NCBI RefSeq assembly: GCF_001194135.2
Contig: NC_068985.1
Coordinates: 76,388,560-76,430,464 of the forward strand
DNA from: Octopus bimaculoides
Taxonomy: Eukaryota
Direction of reading: 5' to 3'
Length of the DNA stretch: 41,905 nt
Part shown: positions 11,141 to 22,779 of the stretch, in pieces
Position numbering within the stretch: position 1 is the first letter of the stretch
How the letters are laid out: every line of letters begins with the position of its first letter
The notes under the pieces: generated by a model
The model's input: only the letters and a program-made list of their open reading frames with translations
Databases searched by the model: none
What the model was told of the DNA's origin: nothing
Made by a program: the position numbers and the translations under genes

Positions 11141-11631
11141 TAGTGGACTATTGGTTAAAAAAAATCTTTGTAGAACATATTCAGTTTTTGCAGTAAAAAT
11201 AACAATAATGGATAATGGTTTCTGAAAGTAGAAGAGATGCCAAGTGCAAAACAAATAATACAATTTCTGACAATGTTCTTTTCTAAGACTGTACTTTCCA
11301 CGCTACCTAAGAAAACTTTCACCATCTCAAAAGTCAAATGCTTCAGAAGAAAATACAATTTCAAATGAAATTATGGATTGCATTGTTCTCAATAAATTTC
11401 CAGGTATTTTATAGTTATTAAAATAACTGTGCAATTTCCATGGTTACTGTTAGTAAATATATAATGAAATAACACTGACAACAAACTGGTGTAAGGCACT
11501 TTTCTGATAAATTTTTTTATTTCTGTAGAATTTATTTGAGTAAGATTTTTCTTATGATGGTGACAATGATAATAATAATAATGATAATATTTTAAAAGGA
11601 TTGACATAACTCTTCACAAAGGTAAACAGAC

Positions 11632-11838
11632 AAGATGAAGAGCATGATGTGGTTGCAATAGATATTTTATTGGTTGAAAGATATTTCAACAGCAAGCCTG
11701 TTTGTGATAAAAATTCATAATTCTATAATTATGAATTTTTATCACTTTTTATTTTGAACTCAACAAAGACAGGCTTGCTGTCAGAATATTGTTCAACCAA
11801 TAAAATATCTATTGCAGTCACATCTTGCTCTTCGTCTT
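11632..11838. repeat. Long hairpin with a perfect 19-bp inner stem and 4-nt loop
   Basis: gtgataaaaattcataatt-ctat-aattatgaatttttatcac (11704-11745) sits inside outer arms aagatgaagagc...cagcaagcctg / caggcttgctg...gctcttcgtctt. Confidence 0.95.
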
Positions 11839-12174
11839 AATAATAATAATAATAATGAATAAAAAGAAACAAATAGCTTAGTAAGAATTAGAAACTGAAA
11901 TGAATCCCAAACTTGTGCATCTGATGGGTTTTTTTTTCATGTCTCAAGTATTCATTTCAAAGTTGTAACATCTCTTTAATACAGTAACAATATATACTTA
12001 CTATTGGCAATGTAAGCATATATTGCTGTGATAAACATTTATTGAAGCATAAATTATGTTTGTGTAGAAAATTTAGGAATTATGCAGTATAATTATCATG
12101 TTAGAAAAAAAAGTTCAATTGTATCTGTAAAACTTTTAAACTCTAGATTAGAAAATATGTACATATATATATAT

Positions 12175-13319
12175 ATATATAATATAATTAGGATAAAATC
12201 TTTATAAGAATTTATCAAGTAGTCAGCGTGAAAAAACCCCATAAGGAAAAAAAAAACTCATCGTTTTTTTCCCATAAATATATATAATTTATATAAGGGC
12301 ATTAACTATATAGTAATGCCTCACGCGTAGAGGGACTAAATAAGTCAAAAACTACCAAAAAATAAGCAACATATTTATCGAAAGCGAGGGAATGCAACTT
12401 TCAAAAATTAATCTCCTAAAAACATTTAACTTAACGGCAAACCACTGGTTTCTCAATTAATACACCAAAAACTGTGAAGTAAGCTGCATCTTTTGTTCAT
12501 CAGTACACGTATGGTCGAGACACATAAAAAATAAACAAAAATAAACATACCACGATGTACCCAACATAATACGAGGACTTCTGTTCATCATTATATATCC
12601 GTAAAAGAGGTTAGAATTTATCCGGTTGCATCTCAGTAACACGTACTAATACAGAATAATATTCAGCACTGAATATATTCTAATTATTTATAATATAATA
12701 TAGGATAAAATCTTTATAAGAATTTATCAAGTAGTCAGCGTGAAAAAACCCCATAAGGAAAAAAAACTCATCGTTTTTTCCCCATAAATATATATTACTT
12801 GATAAATTCTTATAAAGATTTTATCCTATATTATATTATAAATAACTAGAATNNNNNNNNNNNNNNNNNNNNNNNNNNNNNNNNNNNNNNNNNNNNNNNN
12901 NNNNNNNNNNNNNNNNNNNNNNNNNNNNNNNNNNNNNNNNNNAATATTATTCTGTATAAGCACGTGTTACTGAGATGCAACCGGATAAATTCTAACCTCT
13001 TTCACGGATATATAATGATGAACAGAAGTCATCGTACTATGTTGGGTTCATCGTGGTATGTTGATTTTTGTTTATTTTTTATGTGTCTCGACCATACGTG
13101 TACTGATGAACAAAAGATGCAGCTTACTTCACAGTTTTTGGTGTATTAATTGAGAAACCAGTGGTTTGCTGTTAAGTTAAATGTTTTTAGGAGATTAATT
13201 TTTGAAAGTTGCATTCCCTCGCTTTCGGTAAATATGTTGCTTATTTTTTGGTAGCTTTTGACTTATTTAGTCCCTTTACGCGTGAGGCATTACTATATAG
13301 TTAATGCCCTTATATAAAT

Positions 13320-13325
<6 letters not shown>
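12175..13325. repeat. Composite direct plus inverted repeat (A-B-A-A'-gap-B')
   Basis: A (taggataaaatctttataagaatttatcaag...) lies at about 12175-12290 and 12690-12795, with an inverted partial A at 12797-12852. B at 12283-12662 is mirrored at 12943-13325. Confidence 0.95.
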
Positions 13326-13351
<26 letters not shown>

Positions 13352-14639
13352 CATGTGTATGGATAGATAGATAGATAGACAGACAGATATATATTTATAA
13401 CTGCATTGGATATATTATCATACATATTTTTATTTTAAAAGAAATTGAATCATTGTGTTTATGGATGGATGCCTTTTCTGCTGTTGATATAAAGTAGGTA
13501 TTTTATATCCCTATATATTGTAAAAGGTCACTTAAAAGGATTAACAGTAAGAAGGACATCCACCCAGAGAACAATATTAAAAAATAGTCATGGTGCCCAC
13601 AGGGTTGATCCCTCATTTAATTGAAAAAATAACTTTAAATTGTTTCTTATTGTAAAGCAAGATGAATAATATGTTAAGTACAAAGTAAATGAATGACGCT
13701 AGGTACCAAATATATGTCTTGGTGATTCATTTATAATTTATAACATTTACAACTGGCATGGTTGCCTTTCATAATAGATATGGATGGAGAAATCAAAATG
13801 AATTCGAAGGGATAGCAACATTGGTTATATTTTGTTTATCAGAGTTTTTAAAAAAACATAAAGCAGTGTGTATAATTGTTCTCTGAAAAGCAGGTATCTA
13901 ATTTTTTAGATTGTGTCCTTCATCAAACAACATTCTAAGAAAGTTAAATGAAGTCAATAGCTTTTAGGTGACGACAATAACAAAATCTTTCATAGAAAGG
14001 ATTTTGAAAAGTGTTAATCTGAAATTTATCATTTCCCACTTCCTCATAGCATATCAACATATTCCAGTTCAATCTGTTTTATGAAAAAAAACAACAAAAA
14101 GCATCTCATGATGCCACAGACCAACACTACCTCGTTGGACTGCAACAATGGGACTTGAGTTAGAACTTAGTGGAATCAGGCAGAAATACAGACAAACAAA
14201 CACACACACACACACACAAAAATATACACACATATGTATGTATATAGATATGTAAAAGGCACTTCCCACTGCAACATACATATTATAAGACATCCAATAA
14301 GAGAACTATAAAAATCTTACATATCCTTAACTCCCAAACTCTACCAATCTTTTAACCTTTCTAAGCTTAACAATAGTGACCCAGTTTTACTCGTAGTAAT
14401 TGTAACTATATCAACCTCACTTTACACCCTTTACATTCAAACTACTTACGTAAGGATGCAGTATATCAGGGTAAAATATAAATGCCAACTAAGCAAACAC
14501 ATGCAAGTCTATTCAAAATCAGGTATGACTGACACACCTTTTTCTTTTAAATATGTCAGATGAAGACCTACTCCACTCGCATTGTAATTTGGGACCTCAA
14601 AAATATAAAAAAACATTCCTTTTTGCTGAAACTAGAATG

Positions 14640-14662
14640 ACTTCATATATACATATATATAC

Positions 14663-14727
<65 letters not shown>

Positions 14728-14950
14728 TGTGTGAGTGTATTTATGTATGTGTGTGTATATATATGTTGTAGTTCTAACCTCTTTGTTTCTTCGCAGGATA
14801 AACATATAGATATAAATATTCTATTTATTTTATGTGTAGATATAAATTTATTATACAAATATATGTACAAGTACATACACAAGCACTCACACACACAAAT
14901 ACATATGCAAAATGCACACATGCACACACACGTACGCACATACACATAAC
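14640..14950. repeat. Compound TA/TG/CA microsatellite
   Basis: Directly visible. Confidence 0.95.
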
Positions 14951-14954
14951 AACA

Positions 14955-15100
14955 AGGCTTTATACAGTTTCTCTCTACCAACTTCACTCATAAGGCATTA
15001 GTTGGCTCAAGGTTAGAGTAGAAGACTTGCCCAAGGTACTATGCAGATAGAATTCAAGACTGTGTTTTTGCTATGTGAATTCTATATCAAAGCAGCCACA
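14955..15100 (-). mobile_element. SINE family A head/core, decayed
   Basis: cagtttctctctaccaacttcactcataaggc...cttgcccaaggt...cagccaca is the reverse complement of head plus core. Confidence 0.7.
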
Positions 15101-15767
15101 TTTTTGCTTGAATATTTATTCATTTGTTTTAAATCTGTTTTCTTATGCTGGTGTGGGTTAAACAAATACATTTTTTGAGATATTATTTTGCAGCCAAATG
15201 TCCTTTTCGTTGCTATCCCTTACCTGTTTTTCCAGTAGAATATTTAATTTTCTGCAAAGTTTGTGGATAATTTTCTTTTTAAGTGTAAGCATGCATCATT
15301 TTTAAGCATTGCACTTTTTCATCCAAAGTGCATAGTGCAAAGATTCACAGACCTATACATGCACATAGGCACATATATATATTAAAAAACGAAAAAAAGA
15401 AAATATTTTGAAGACTTATTGTGAATAAAAAGAAGAATATACATTTTTTTAACAATATGTGCTACTGGTTTCAATTGTTTTTTCAGAAAATGTAGTCATG
15501 TTCTAAGAGAATAGAAAATATATTGAAATAAATTAAACAAATTTTTATGGTATCAGTTTTGGAAGTTTCCATGTTTTTCTAATAAAATGATATGGTTGGA
15601 CTCCTTCTCAAGGCTGTAGGAGTGACAATTTAAGTAATGGTAGTTAATCCTTACTGCCGATATTGGTAATTAAGGAGTGGCTATAAGTAGTAGCTATAGC
15701 AATAGTGGTGGTCATTGTAGAAGCAATGGCTACCTCATGCTCAGTAGTTGTAGCAACTAAAGCAGCT

Positions 15768-15798
<31 letters not shown>

Positions 15799-15899
15799 TG
15801 GTCCAAGTGGCAGAAACCATAGAAATATTCGGAGTGATTTATTCTTCTCCGTCAGTGGTAAGTGTGGGATTAGTGGCCATAGCACATTCAAAATATTTT

Positions 15900-15998
15900 C
15901 TTATTCTTGTTTTTAATACAAATTCAATATAACACACACACATGCATACATATATATGTAATATTTATACATACATATGTATATATATTTATACATAC

Positions 15999-16034
<36 letters not shown>

Positions 16035-16070
16035 TTGTATACATATGTATTTATATAGGTACAAATATAC

Positions 16071-16119
<49 letters not shown>

Positions 16120-16500
16120 AACATATACATGTATACATGCACATATCTATTTGCATATATATATGCACATACACACATGTATATATATATGTATGTATGG
16201 ATGTGTGTGTGTATGTGAGAAAGAGAGAGAGACAGGCTGTGTATCTACGTGGTGTCAAGTGTCTTCAGCTATACTTTGTATGTGTGTGTGCATATATACA
16301 CACATACCTGCACACACATATGTATATATGTATTTATTTGTGTGTGTGTATGTTATGTATGTACATATGTATCTATTTGTGTGTGCATGTGTGTGTAAAT
16401 ATATATATATATGTATGTATGTATGTACATGCATGTATGTATGTGTGTGTTTGTGTCTGTACGTTCATGTATGAACATGTATGTGTATGGGTGCCTGTTA
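15900..16500. repeat. Compound (TA)/(CA)/(TG) microsatellite tract of about 600 bp
   Basis: Directly visible; it is the source of several spurious YI/CV-rich ORFs. Confidence 0.95.
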
Positions 16501-16745
16501 GTGTCTCTTGGCCTCATCACCACATAATAGTTGTAAACCAGCATAATCATCATACAAATCTTGTCCTTCCTTTCCAATCTTCCATGCAAACATTCCAGCC
16601 CAAGGAAAATATTATGTTGTTAGGAAATAGGTGGAGGTTGGCAACAGAAAGGTCGTCTTCAACCATATAAAATCTGGTTCAACAAATTCTGTTCAACTCA
16701 TGTGACCAAGGAAAAGTTGGCATTGCAGTGAAGCTGCTGCTGCTG
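16500..16745 (+). mobile_element. 3' half of the RTE-tailed family A variant
   Basis: Aligns with 25755-25990 (atagttgtaaac...tttccaatcttccatg...ggaggttggcaacagaaagg...ggaaaagt). Confidence 0.65.
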
Positions 16746-17039
16746 CTGTTGCTGATGGTGGTACATATACACATACACATATTTTTTTTATCTTTTCCTT
16801 GTTTCAGTCATTAGACTGAGGTCATGTACCCATGATGCAAAAAAAATATAACTCAAAAATGAGGTGAGACAACCAAAACTTACAGGGCAGGAAACAGGTA
16901 AGAAAGAGGAAATGTCTTTTATATTTCGAGTATTACACTCTTCTACACAATGAAAAGATAGACAAGAAGAGAAAAAAAATCAAGAGAAAGAAAATGGAGA
17001 AAAATAACACACAGGCATGCAACTATCACAGTTGAAAAA

Positions 17040-17044
17040 TTTAT

Positions 17045-17110
<66 letters not shown>

Positions 17111-17202
17111 GCACACACACATACATATTTATGTATTTATTTATTTATGTGTTTCAGCCAAGTGGCTGCGGTCATGCTGGTGCACCACCGTGTATGTATA
17201 TG

Positions 17203-17234
<32 letters not shown>

Positions 17235-17425
17235 ATATGTGTGTATAGGGTTACATGGGTAATGATGAAGATCTACAAATCATTAATATATATATATAAA
17301 TCTATATATATATATATATTATGTGCATATACATATACATACATATATATATATATAGATACATATACACACATATATATAAATGTATATATATATATTA
17401 TATACATATAAATATATATATATAA
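17040..17425. repeat. Compound (TA)n-rich microsatellite containing a 40-bp SINE A tail scrap
   Basis: Directly visible; gtgtttcagccaagtggctgcggtcatgctggtgcaccaccg lies at about 17150-17190. Confidence 0.9.
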
Positions 17426-17428
17426 GTT

Positions 17429-17835
17429 AGGCATGGCTGTGTGGTAAGAAGTTTGTTTCCCAACCACATGGATCCGGGTTCAGTCCCACAGCATGGCACC
17501 TTGGACAAGTCTCTTCTACTATCGCCTCGAGCCAGCCAAAGCTTTGTGAATGGATTTGGTAGATGGAAACTGAAAGAAGCCTATCAAATATATATATATA
17601 TTCATGTGTGTGTCTTTGTGTCTGTGTTAGTGCCCTCCCACCATCGCTTGACAACCAATGTTGATGTGCTTACGTCCCTGTAACCTAGCGGTTCAGCAGA
17701 AGAGACCAATAGAATATGCACCAGGCTTACAAAGAATAAGTCCAGGGGTTGATTTCTTCAACTAAAAGGTGGTGCTCCATTATGGCCACAGTCAAATGAC
17801 TGAAACAAGTAAATGTGTAAAAGAATAAAAGAATA
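17429..17835 (+). mobile_element. SINE family A, full length
   Basis: Same head, core and internal microsatellite. The tail ends GTCAAATGACTGAAACAAGTAAA...AAAGAATAAAAG. Confidence 0.9.
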
Positions 17836-18087
17836 GATAGATAGGTAGGTAGGTAGGTAGATGGACAATTATATAGGTGTATGTATGTATATATACACGA
17901 AAACAGAAGCATGAAGAACAAACAAATGTGTGTGTGTGTCTTTTTTAATGTATGTGTGAGAGTGTTACCTGATATTAGTTGAAGGATACATATATATATT
18001 TATATATTCCTGAAATATAAATATATTCTTGAATATAGCATACAGAATAGGTTGATAAAATTACCAAAGTTGATAAAATGGTAGTTG

Positions 18088-18289
18088 CTATCGCATATCT
18101 TCTTCATCTGAATCAACCATTATCTTTTGGTTATTGTCATGATAATTTGCCAAATGTATTTTTTGAACCGTTCTTTCACTTTCATTTGACTTTGGCCATA
18201 TAACTGGATGATATACATTATGTTTGGATGAATCTTCTGTAGATTTTGCTGGGCTGTTAATTACTTTAGCGGGAAGGATAATAACTTCA
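18088..18289 (-). CDS. Candidate alternative C-terminal coding exon, isoform 2: (S)EVIILPAKVINSPAKSTEDSSKHNVYHPVIWPKSNESERTVQKIHLANYHDNNQKIMVDSDEEDMR*
   Basis: Strong acceptor atatgtttttctgtttcag|T with a phase-2 start, also compatible with the 61-nt exon (ag+t=Ser). 66 open codons, seen in track ORF 18088..18324 whose ATG is intronic. A possible ATTAAA lies on the minus strand at 17944-17949. Confidence 0.65.
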
Positions 18290-18471
18290 CTGAAACAGAA
18301 AAACATATATTGTAATATGTACATAGATATATATATATATACATATATTTACATAATCAATGTTATTGATGATAGTGATGTTGATGATGGTGATGTTGAT
18401 GATGATGATGATAAGGAGGAGGAGGAGGAGGGGTTTGTTTATGTTAGTGTTTCATTATTACAGTTGTTATT

Positions 18472-19470
18472 AAGGTGGTGGGCTGGCAGAGTCATTACTA
18501 TTCCTGACAAAGTGATTGGCAGCATATTTTCCAACTTTACATTCAGAGTTCAAATGCCACCAGGGATGACTTCAGCTTTCATCCTTCTAAGGTCAATAAA
18601 ATAAGTACCAGTTGTGCACTGGGGTCGGTGTAAGTGACTGACACCTTCCTGGAAAGTTGCTGGCCTTGAGCAAAAATCTGAAACCGATATTATTGATGAT
18701 GATGCTAATGATGACAAGGAGCAAGAGAAAAAGGAAGAGGGGGATTTGTTTATGTTAATGTTTTATTATTTTAGTTGTTATTAAGGGGGTGAGCTGACAG
18801 AATCGTTAGCATGCTGGATAAAATGCTGAGCAGTATTTCACCCATCACTACATTCTGAGTTCAAATTCCGCTGAGGTTGACTTTGCCTTTCATCCTTTCA
18901 GGGTCAGTAAAATAAGTACCAGGGTAAAGGCTCCAAAAAGGGTCTCAGGGAATAATATCCCTGCCTCCCTGAGCTAGTTTTCCACCACATCTCTTAAAAA
19001 TTATGGTAGAAGCCTTGGTCTCGAGACCACTCATGTCTAGAAACCAAAATAAGTAAGGGCATGCTCCCTGCAGAAAATCCAGCTCCAAAAAAAAGCCTCA
19101 TGATAGCAAAGGAGAATGGGCACCAGCCAACCCAAAGGTCGGGATGGACTGCACCTGCCTACCTCAGTTGCTATGGCATTGAGGTAGATCTGGCCACCCC
19201 CATTAACAGGGACAAAACCCAGATTTAAAATGATGATGATGATGAACATTGGGGTTGATGTAATCGACTCATCCTCTCCCTCAAAACTGCTGTCCTTGTG
19301 GCAAATTTGAAGCCGTTATTATAGTTGTTATTATAGTTAGTAGAATCATTTGCATGCCAGATAAAATGCTTAGTGGCATTTTGTCAGTCTTTGCATTCTG
19401 AGTTCAAATTCCACAAAGATCCACTTTAACTTTCATCCTTTTAGGAGAAAATAAGTATCAGTCAAGCACT
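18472..19470 (+). mobile_element. Array of three decayed SINE family B units; unit 2 is interrupted by another element
   Basis: Units at about 18472-18685, 18783-19314 and 19335-19470, each preceded by agttgttatta. Confidence 0.8.
18923..19243 (+). mobile_element. Retroposon 3' fragment with a (GAT)n tail, inserted in SINE B
   Basis: Splits the family B body between gtaccag and cattggggttgatg. Contains gtaagggcatgctccctg and gaggtagatctggccaccc and ends in atgatgatgatgatg. Confidence 0.7.
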
Positions 19471-19705
19471 AGTGCCCTCACCCAAAATATCAGACCTTGT
19501 TCCAATAGTGAAAAAGATTATTATATTTGTTACTAGCATACCTGTGTCATCAAAAATGCCAACAGTTTTATAAATAATAGAAAATGGTGCATCAATAGAA
19601 TAGAGAAAGCAATTGATAAATGTCAACAATCTAGTAAATAAACATACATACACAGAATCGAAGCACTTGAACAATCACCCACATAATGTATGTGTGACAT
19701 ACACA

Positions 19706-19707
19706 AG

Positions 19708-19801
<94 letters not shown>

Positions 19802-19884
19802 CAAACATACATATGTACATATACATACATATATATGTAAATATAAATACTTATACATAATATGCACACATGAATATGTGTGTG

Positions 19885-19930
<46 letters not shown>
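19706..19930. repeat. (GC)n(CA)n plus (TA)n microsatellite
   Basis: Long uninterrupted CA run followed by a TA run. Confidence 0.95.
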
Positions 19931-19934
<4 letters not shown>

Positions 19935-20474
19935 TATATAGTTGAAATTCATAGAAAAACAAAAAACAAAGACAGGTGTATGAACAACAAGCAAATGTAT
20001 TAGCTTGATGCTCGGGAAAATGAAAAAGTTTTTTACGTTTCGAGTAATCAAGGACAGCATTCACTTGTACTTTCTTGTTATTGTTGTTTAGCTCTAAATC
20101 AACTCCAATTAAACCAGACCTAAGATTGATCAAAGTCGTTCTAGACATAACCATCCCCTGGTAAGTCTACAACCACATTATTTAAAACAGCAGGGTACTA
20201 TTTGAAGGAGAATTGTCTGCTATTTCTAGCAGGAGGAGTGACTCTGTGGATGCTCCCTTGTTGGTTTATCCAGTACCATGATAATAGATGAAAGTGAAAG
20301 AGCCTAAATTTATGAATATATCTTCAGTTATATTTTGGAAAGATATAATTCAAGATGATTGCATCATTAATAAAAAAATTTCCAACACTATCTCCAACTG
20401 TACAGTACACAAGAGCACCTATAAAATTTGAAACCACAACTCCATTCAACTGGCCACTTAATAAAATTGAACAT

Positions 20475-20615
20475 CATCATCATCATCATATTTGACACCC
20501 ATCATCCATGCTGGTTTGACAGGAGGTGGCAAACCAGAAGACTGCACCAAGCTCCACTGTCTGTTCTGGCATGGTTTTATGGCTGGATGCTTTCCTAATG
20601 CCAACCACTTTACAA
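20475..20615 (-). mobile_element. Family C, old copy
   Basis: (CAT)n...ccatgctgg...ggctggatgctttcctaatgccaaccactttacaaag. Confidence 0.75.
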
Positions 20616-21202
20616 AGTGGACTACCATTCATAAAATGCATAGTGCATACACACATACATATGTATGTATATACAAATATATGCAAAAACAACAAATCCA
20701 ATAAGAACTACTGTATCTAACTTTAAATTGATTAGAGAAAGAAAGGAAAGAGATGGATGTATAGAGAGAGGGAGAGATGGAGCTAGATTTCATTTAAAGA
20801 GAAAAATGGATAACTAGATCGATATAAAGTCTGTGAAAAGGAGAGAGACACACATATCTTACATTTGTTTGTAATATGAGAAATTTTGAATATATTCTTG
20901 AAAGTATTTTTTAGTAATTTATTCAGAGGAGGAAGGGCAATCCCCTGTCTCTTTTCAGGGTTCCCAGACCATTGGGAAAGAGAGCTTAGAAGTTATCCTT
21001 ATGCTAAAGTCCTGGCCCAAATACTTGCAATAGACTGGGTCTTACTAGAGGCATCCAAAGGCCAGGTGATAGCATTAAACTTGTTGACAGACTATGTCAG
21101 TTATTGAGAAACAGGCACCGTCACAGTTACTGGTTTCAACACAGTTTCCATTTATTGTATTTCAATTATACACTGCTTTGATTGACAATGAATGTCATAA
21201 AT

Positions 21203-22180
21203 GACACGTGCCTAAGTACTGCACAGCAGAATTGAAATTGGAACCACTTTGTTGTGGGTATGTGATAAGATTCAAAGCATTCAGCGGAACATAGCTTCAG
21301 TAGTCTAATTTGTAAAGTACTTTTAAATATAAAGATGAAAAATTTAACATTAAACTGATTAACTCAGTGTGTGTGTGTGTACATATGCATTTTTGTGTGT
21401 TCATGTGTATACATATGTTTTTGTGAATGTCAATATTCAAGTTTGTAAAATGGGTTCAAGACCAAAACTGTGCAAAGACTTCACACTGTTTATAAGCTAG
21501 TCACAAACGAAAGTAAAACTATACAGAAGACAAAATAAAAAGGGAAACTCGACAGGAAATGTTAGATAGACAGTGAGGAGAATATCAAGAAAACAAGGGG
21601 AAAAAAGTGTGGGGCGGAGGGTGAAATCATGAGGGTAAACCTTAATAAGGGATCTTTTTGTCATTCTATTTCATTACTGACATAATTAGAATCAAAAATT
21701 TTTTAAATCCTGTGATAAATTTTGCTAAATGGCTAAGCCTTGTAATGCAGCACATTAGTTTTCTTGTGTTTTTATTCCTGAACTGTTCTGTACCATATAT
21801 CATCATAATTTAAAATCCGTCATATTTGTGTACTTCCTAAGAGAAATCCATCACCCTACCAGAATAGTACCACTCACATTAAGAATGACATGTTTAGAAT
21901 AAAATTATATTTGGTTTATATTTAATGATAGCTGAAAGTTAGTTTGACCAATGAATATGGTAAAAGACACTTGTTTAAGGTGCAACACAATGGGATTGAA
22001 CCTGAATCCACTTAATTGTGCATATGTGATAAGATTATAAACCTCCAACAGAACATAGCTTCACTAGTCAAATTTCTAATGTGTGGGTGTGCATGTGTAT
22101 ATATGCATTTTTGTGTAAGTGTATATATATGTTCTTGTGAGTATGCTTATTCGAGTTTGTAAAATGGATTTTACACCAAA
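21203..22180 (+). repeat. Old local direct duplication of about 230-260 bp (21203-21465 and 21966-22180)
   Basis: Shared blocks in the same order: tatgtgataagatt, gaacatagcttca.tagtc.aattt, atatgcatttttgtgt, agtttgtaaaatgg. Confidence 0.8.
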
Positions 22181-22628
22181 ATTCAAAAGTGCTAAAAATA
22201 TTTCATACAAACATCCTCACTAAAACAAACATAGAGATGGCACCACACCTTAAATTCAAAATTACAGAAACTGAATTTAGAGTTAATGGAAAGGAAATTC
22301 ATAACAAAACTTACAGAAACAGATTAAATATGTTTACTGTTAATATACTCACCAAACCAAAACCAACATGCACATTACTGTAAGTGATTTATGAAGTATG
22401 GTGTTATGTACCAATATAATGAAATGGAATTAGGATAAAACAGAAACATTTGTGAATGAAATTATAGAAAACAAAAATCCCAGAAATCTCATGCAATTTA
22501 ATAGAATTATAAATAGTCGGCTTGAATATTCCAAAGAAGCATTTCCCGCACCAGGAGAAAAAGAGACAGACAGGTAAGGGGAAGAAGAAATAAGAGAAAA
22601 CAATGCTATGCTAAGAGTGAATCACCTA

Positions 22629-22779
22629 TTATAGGGATGTAGCATTGTTATTGACAGTGTCATCAGTTGTTCTTGGATTGGGGGAGTTCTTAAGCTGATG
22701 AAGCATTTCTCGTTGGTTAGCAAGCCGTCTTTCACGAAGTTCTGTCAGATTATAGGACACCATTTTAATGTTGCCATGT
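22629..22779 (-). CDS. C-terminal coding exon, isoform 1: (R)HGNIKMVSYNLTELRERRLANQREMLHQLKNSPNPRTTDDTVNNNATSL*
   Basis: Acceptor tttggtcaaatttcacttccag|A with a phase-2 start matching the 61-nt exon (ag+a=Arg). 49 open codons, CpG retained (cgt, cgg, cga) in a CpG-poor background. A possible donor AG|gtgatt lies 3 nt after the stop. Confidence 0.85.

Noticed and set aside
13103-13167. CTGATGA...GAAAC hammerhead-like motif in the palindrome arm
   Set aside because: The 44 nt between the core halves gives no helix II (A opposite A at the closing pair), and helix I needs a bulge. Not supportable as a ribozyme.
19542-19630. 89-nt minus-strand pseudo-exon with a good acceptor and CAG|gtatgc donor (LLTFINCFLYSIDAPFSIIYKTVGIFDDT)
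   Set aside because: It ends in phase 1, incompatible with the phase-2 exon at 18289, and is very AT-rich. Probably cryptic.
14553-20154. Many long ORFs rich in YI, CV or HT repeats (also at 474, 4017, 25560 and 39853)
   Set aside because: They are translations of (TA)n/(CA)n microsatellites, which lack stop codons.
20886-21107. Plus-strand ORF with ttttcag| and cag|gtgata sites
   Set aside because: It is isolated, antisense within the host gene intron, has no partner exons and shows no recognisable homology.
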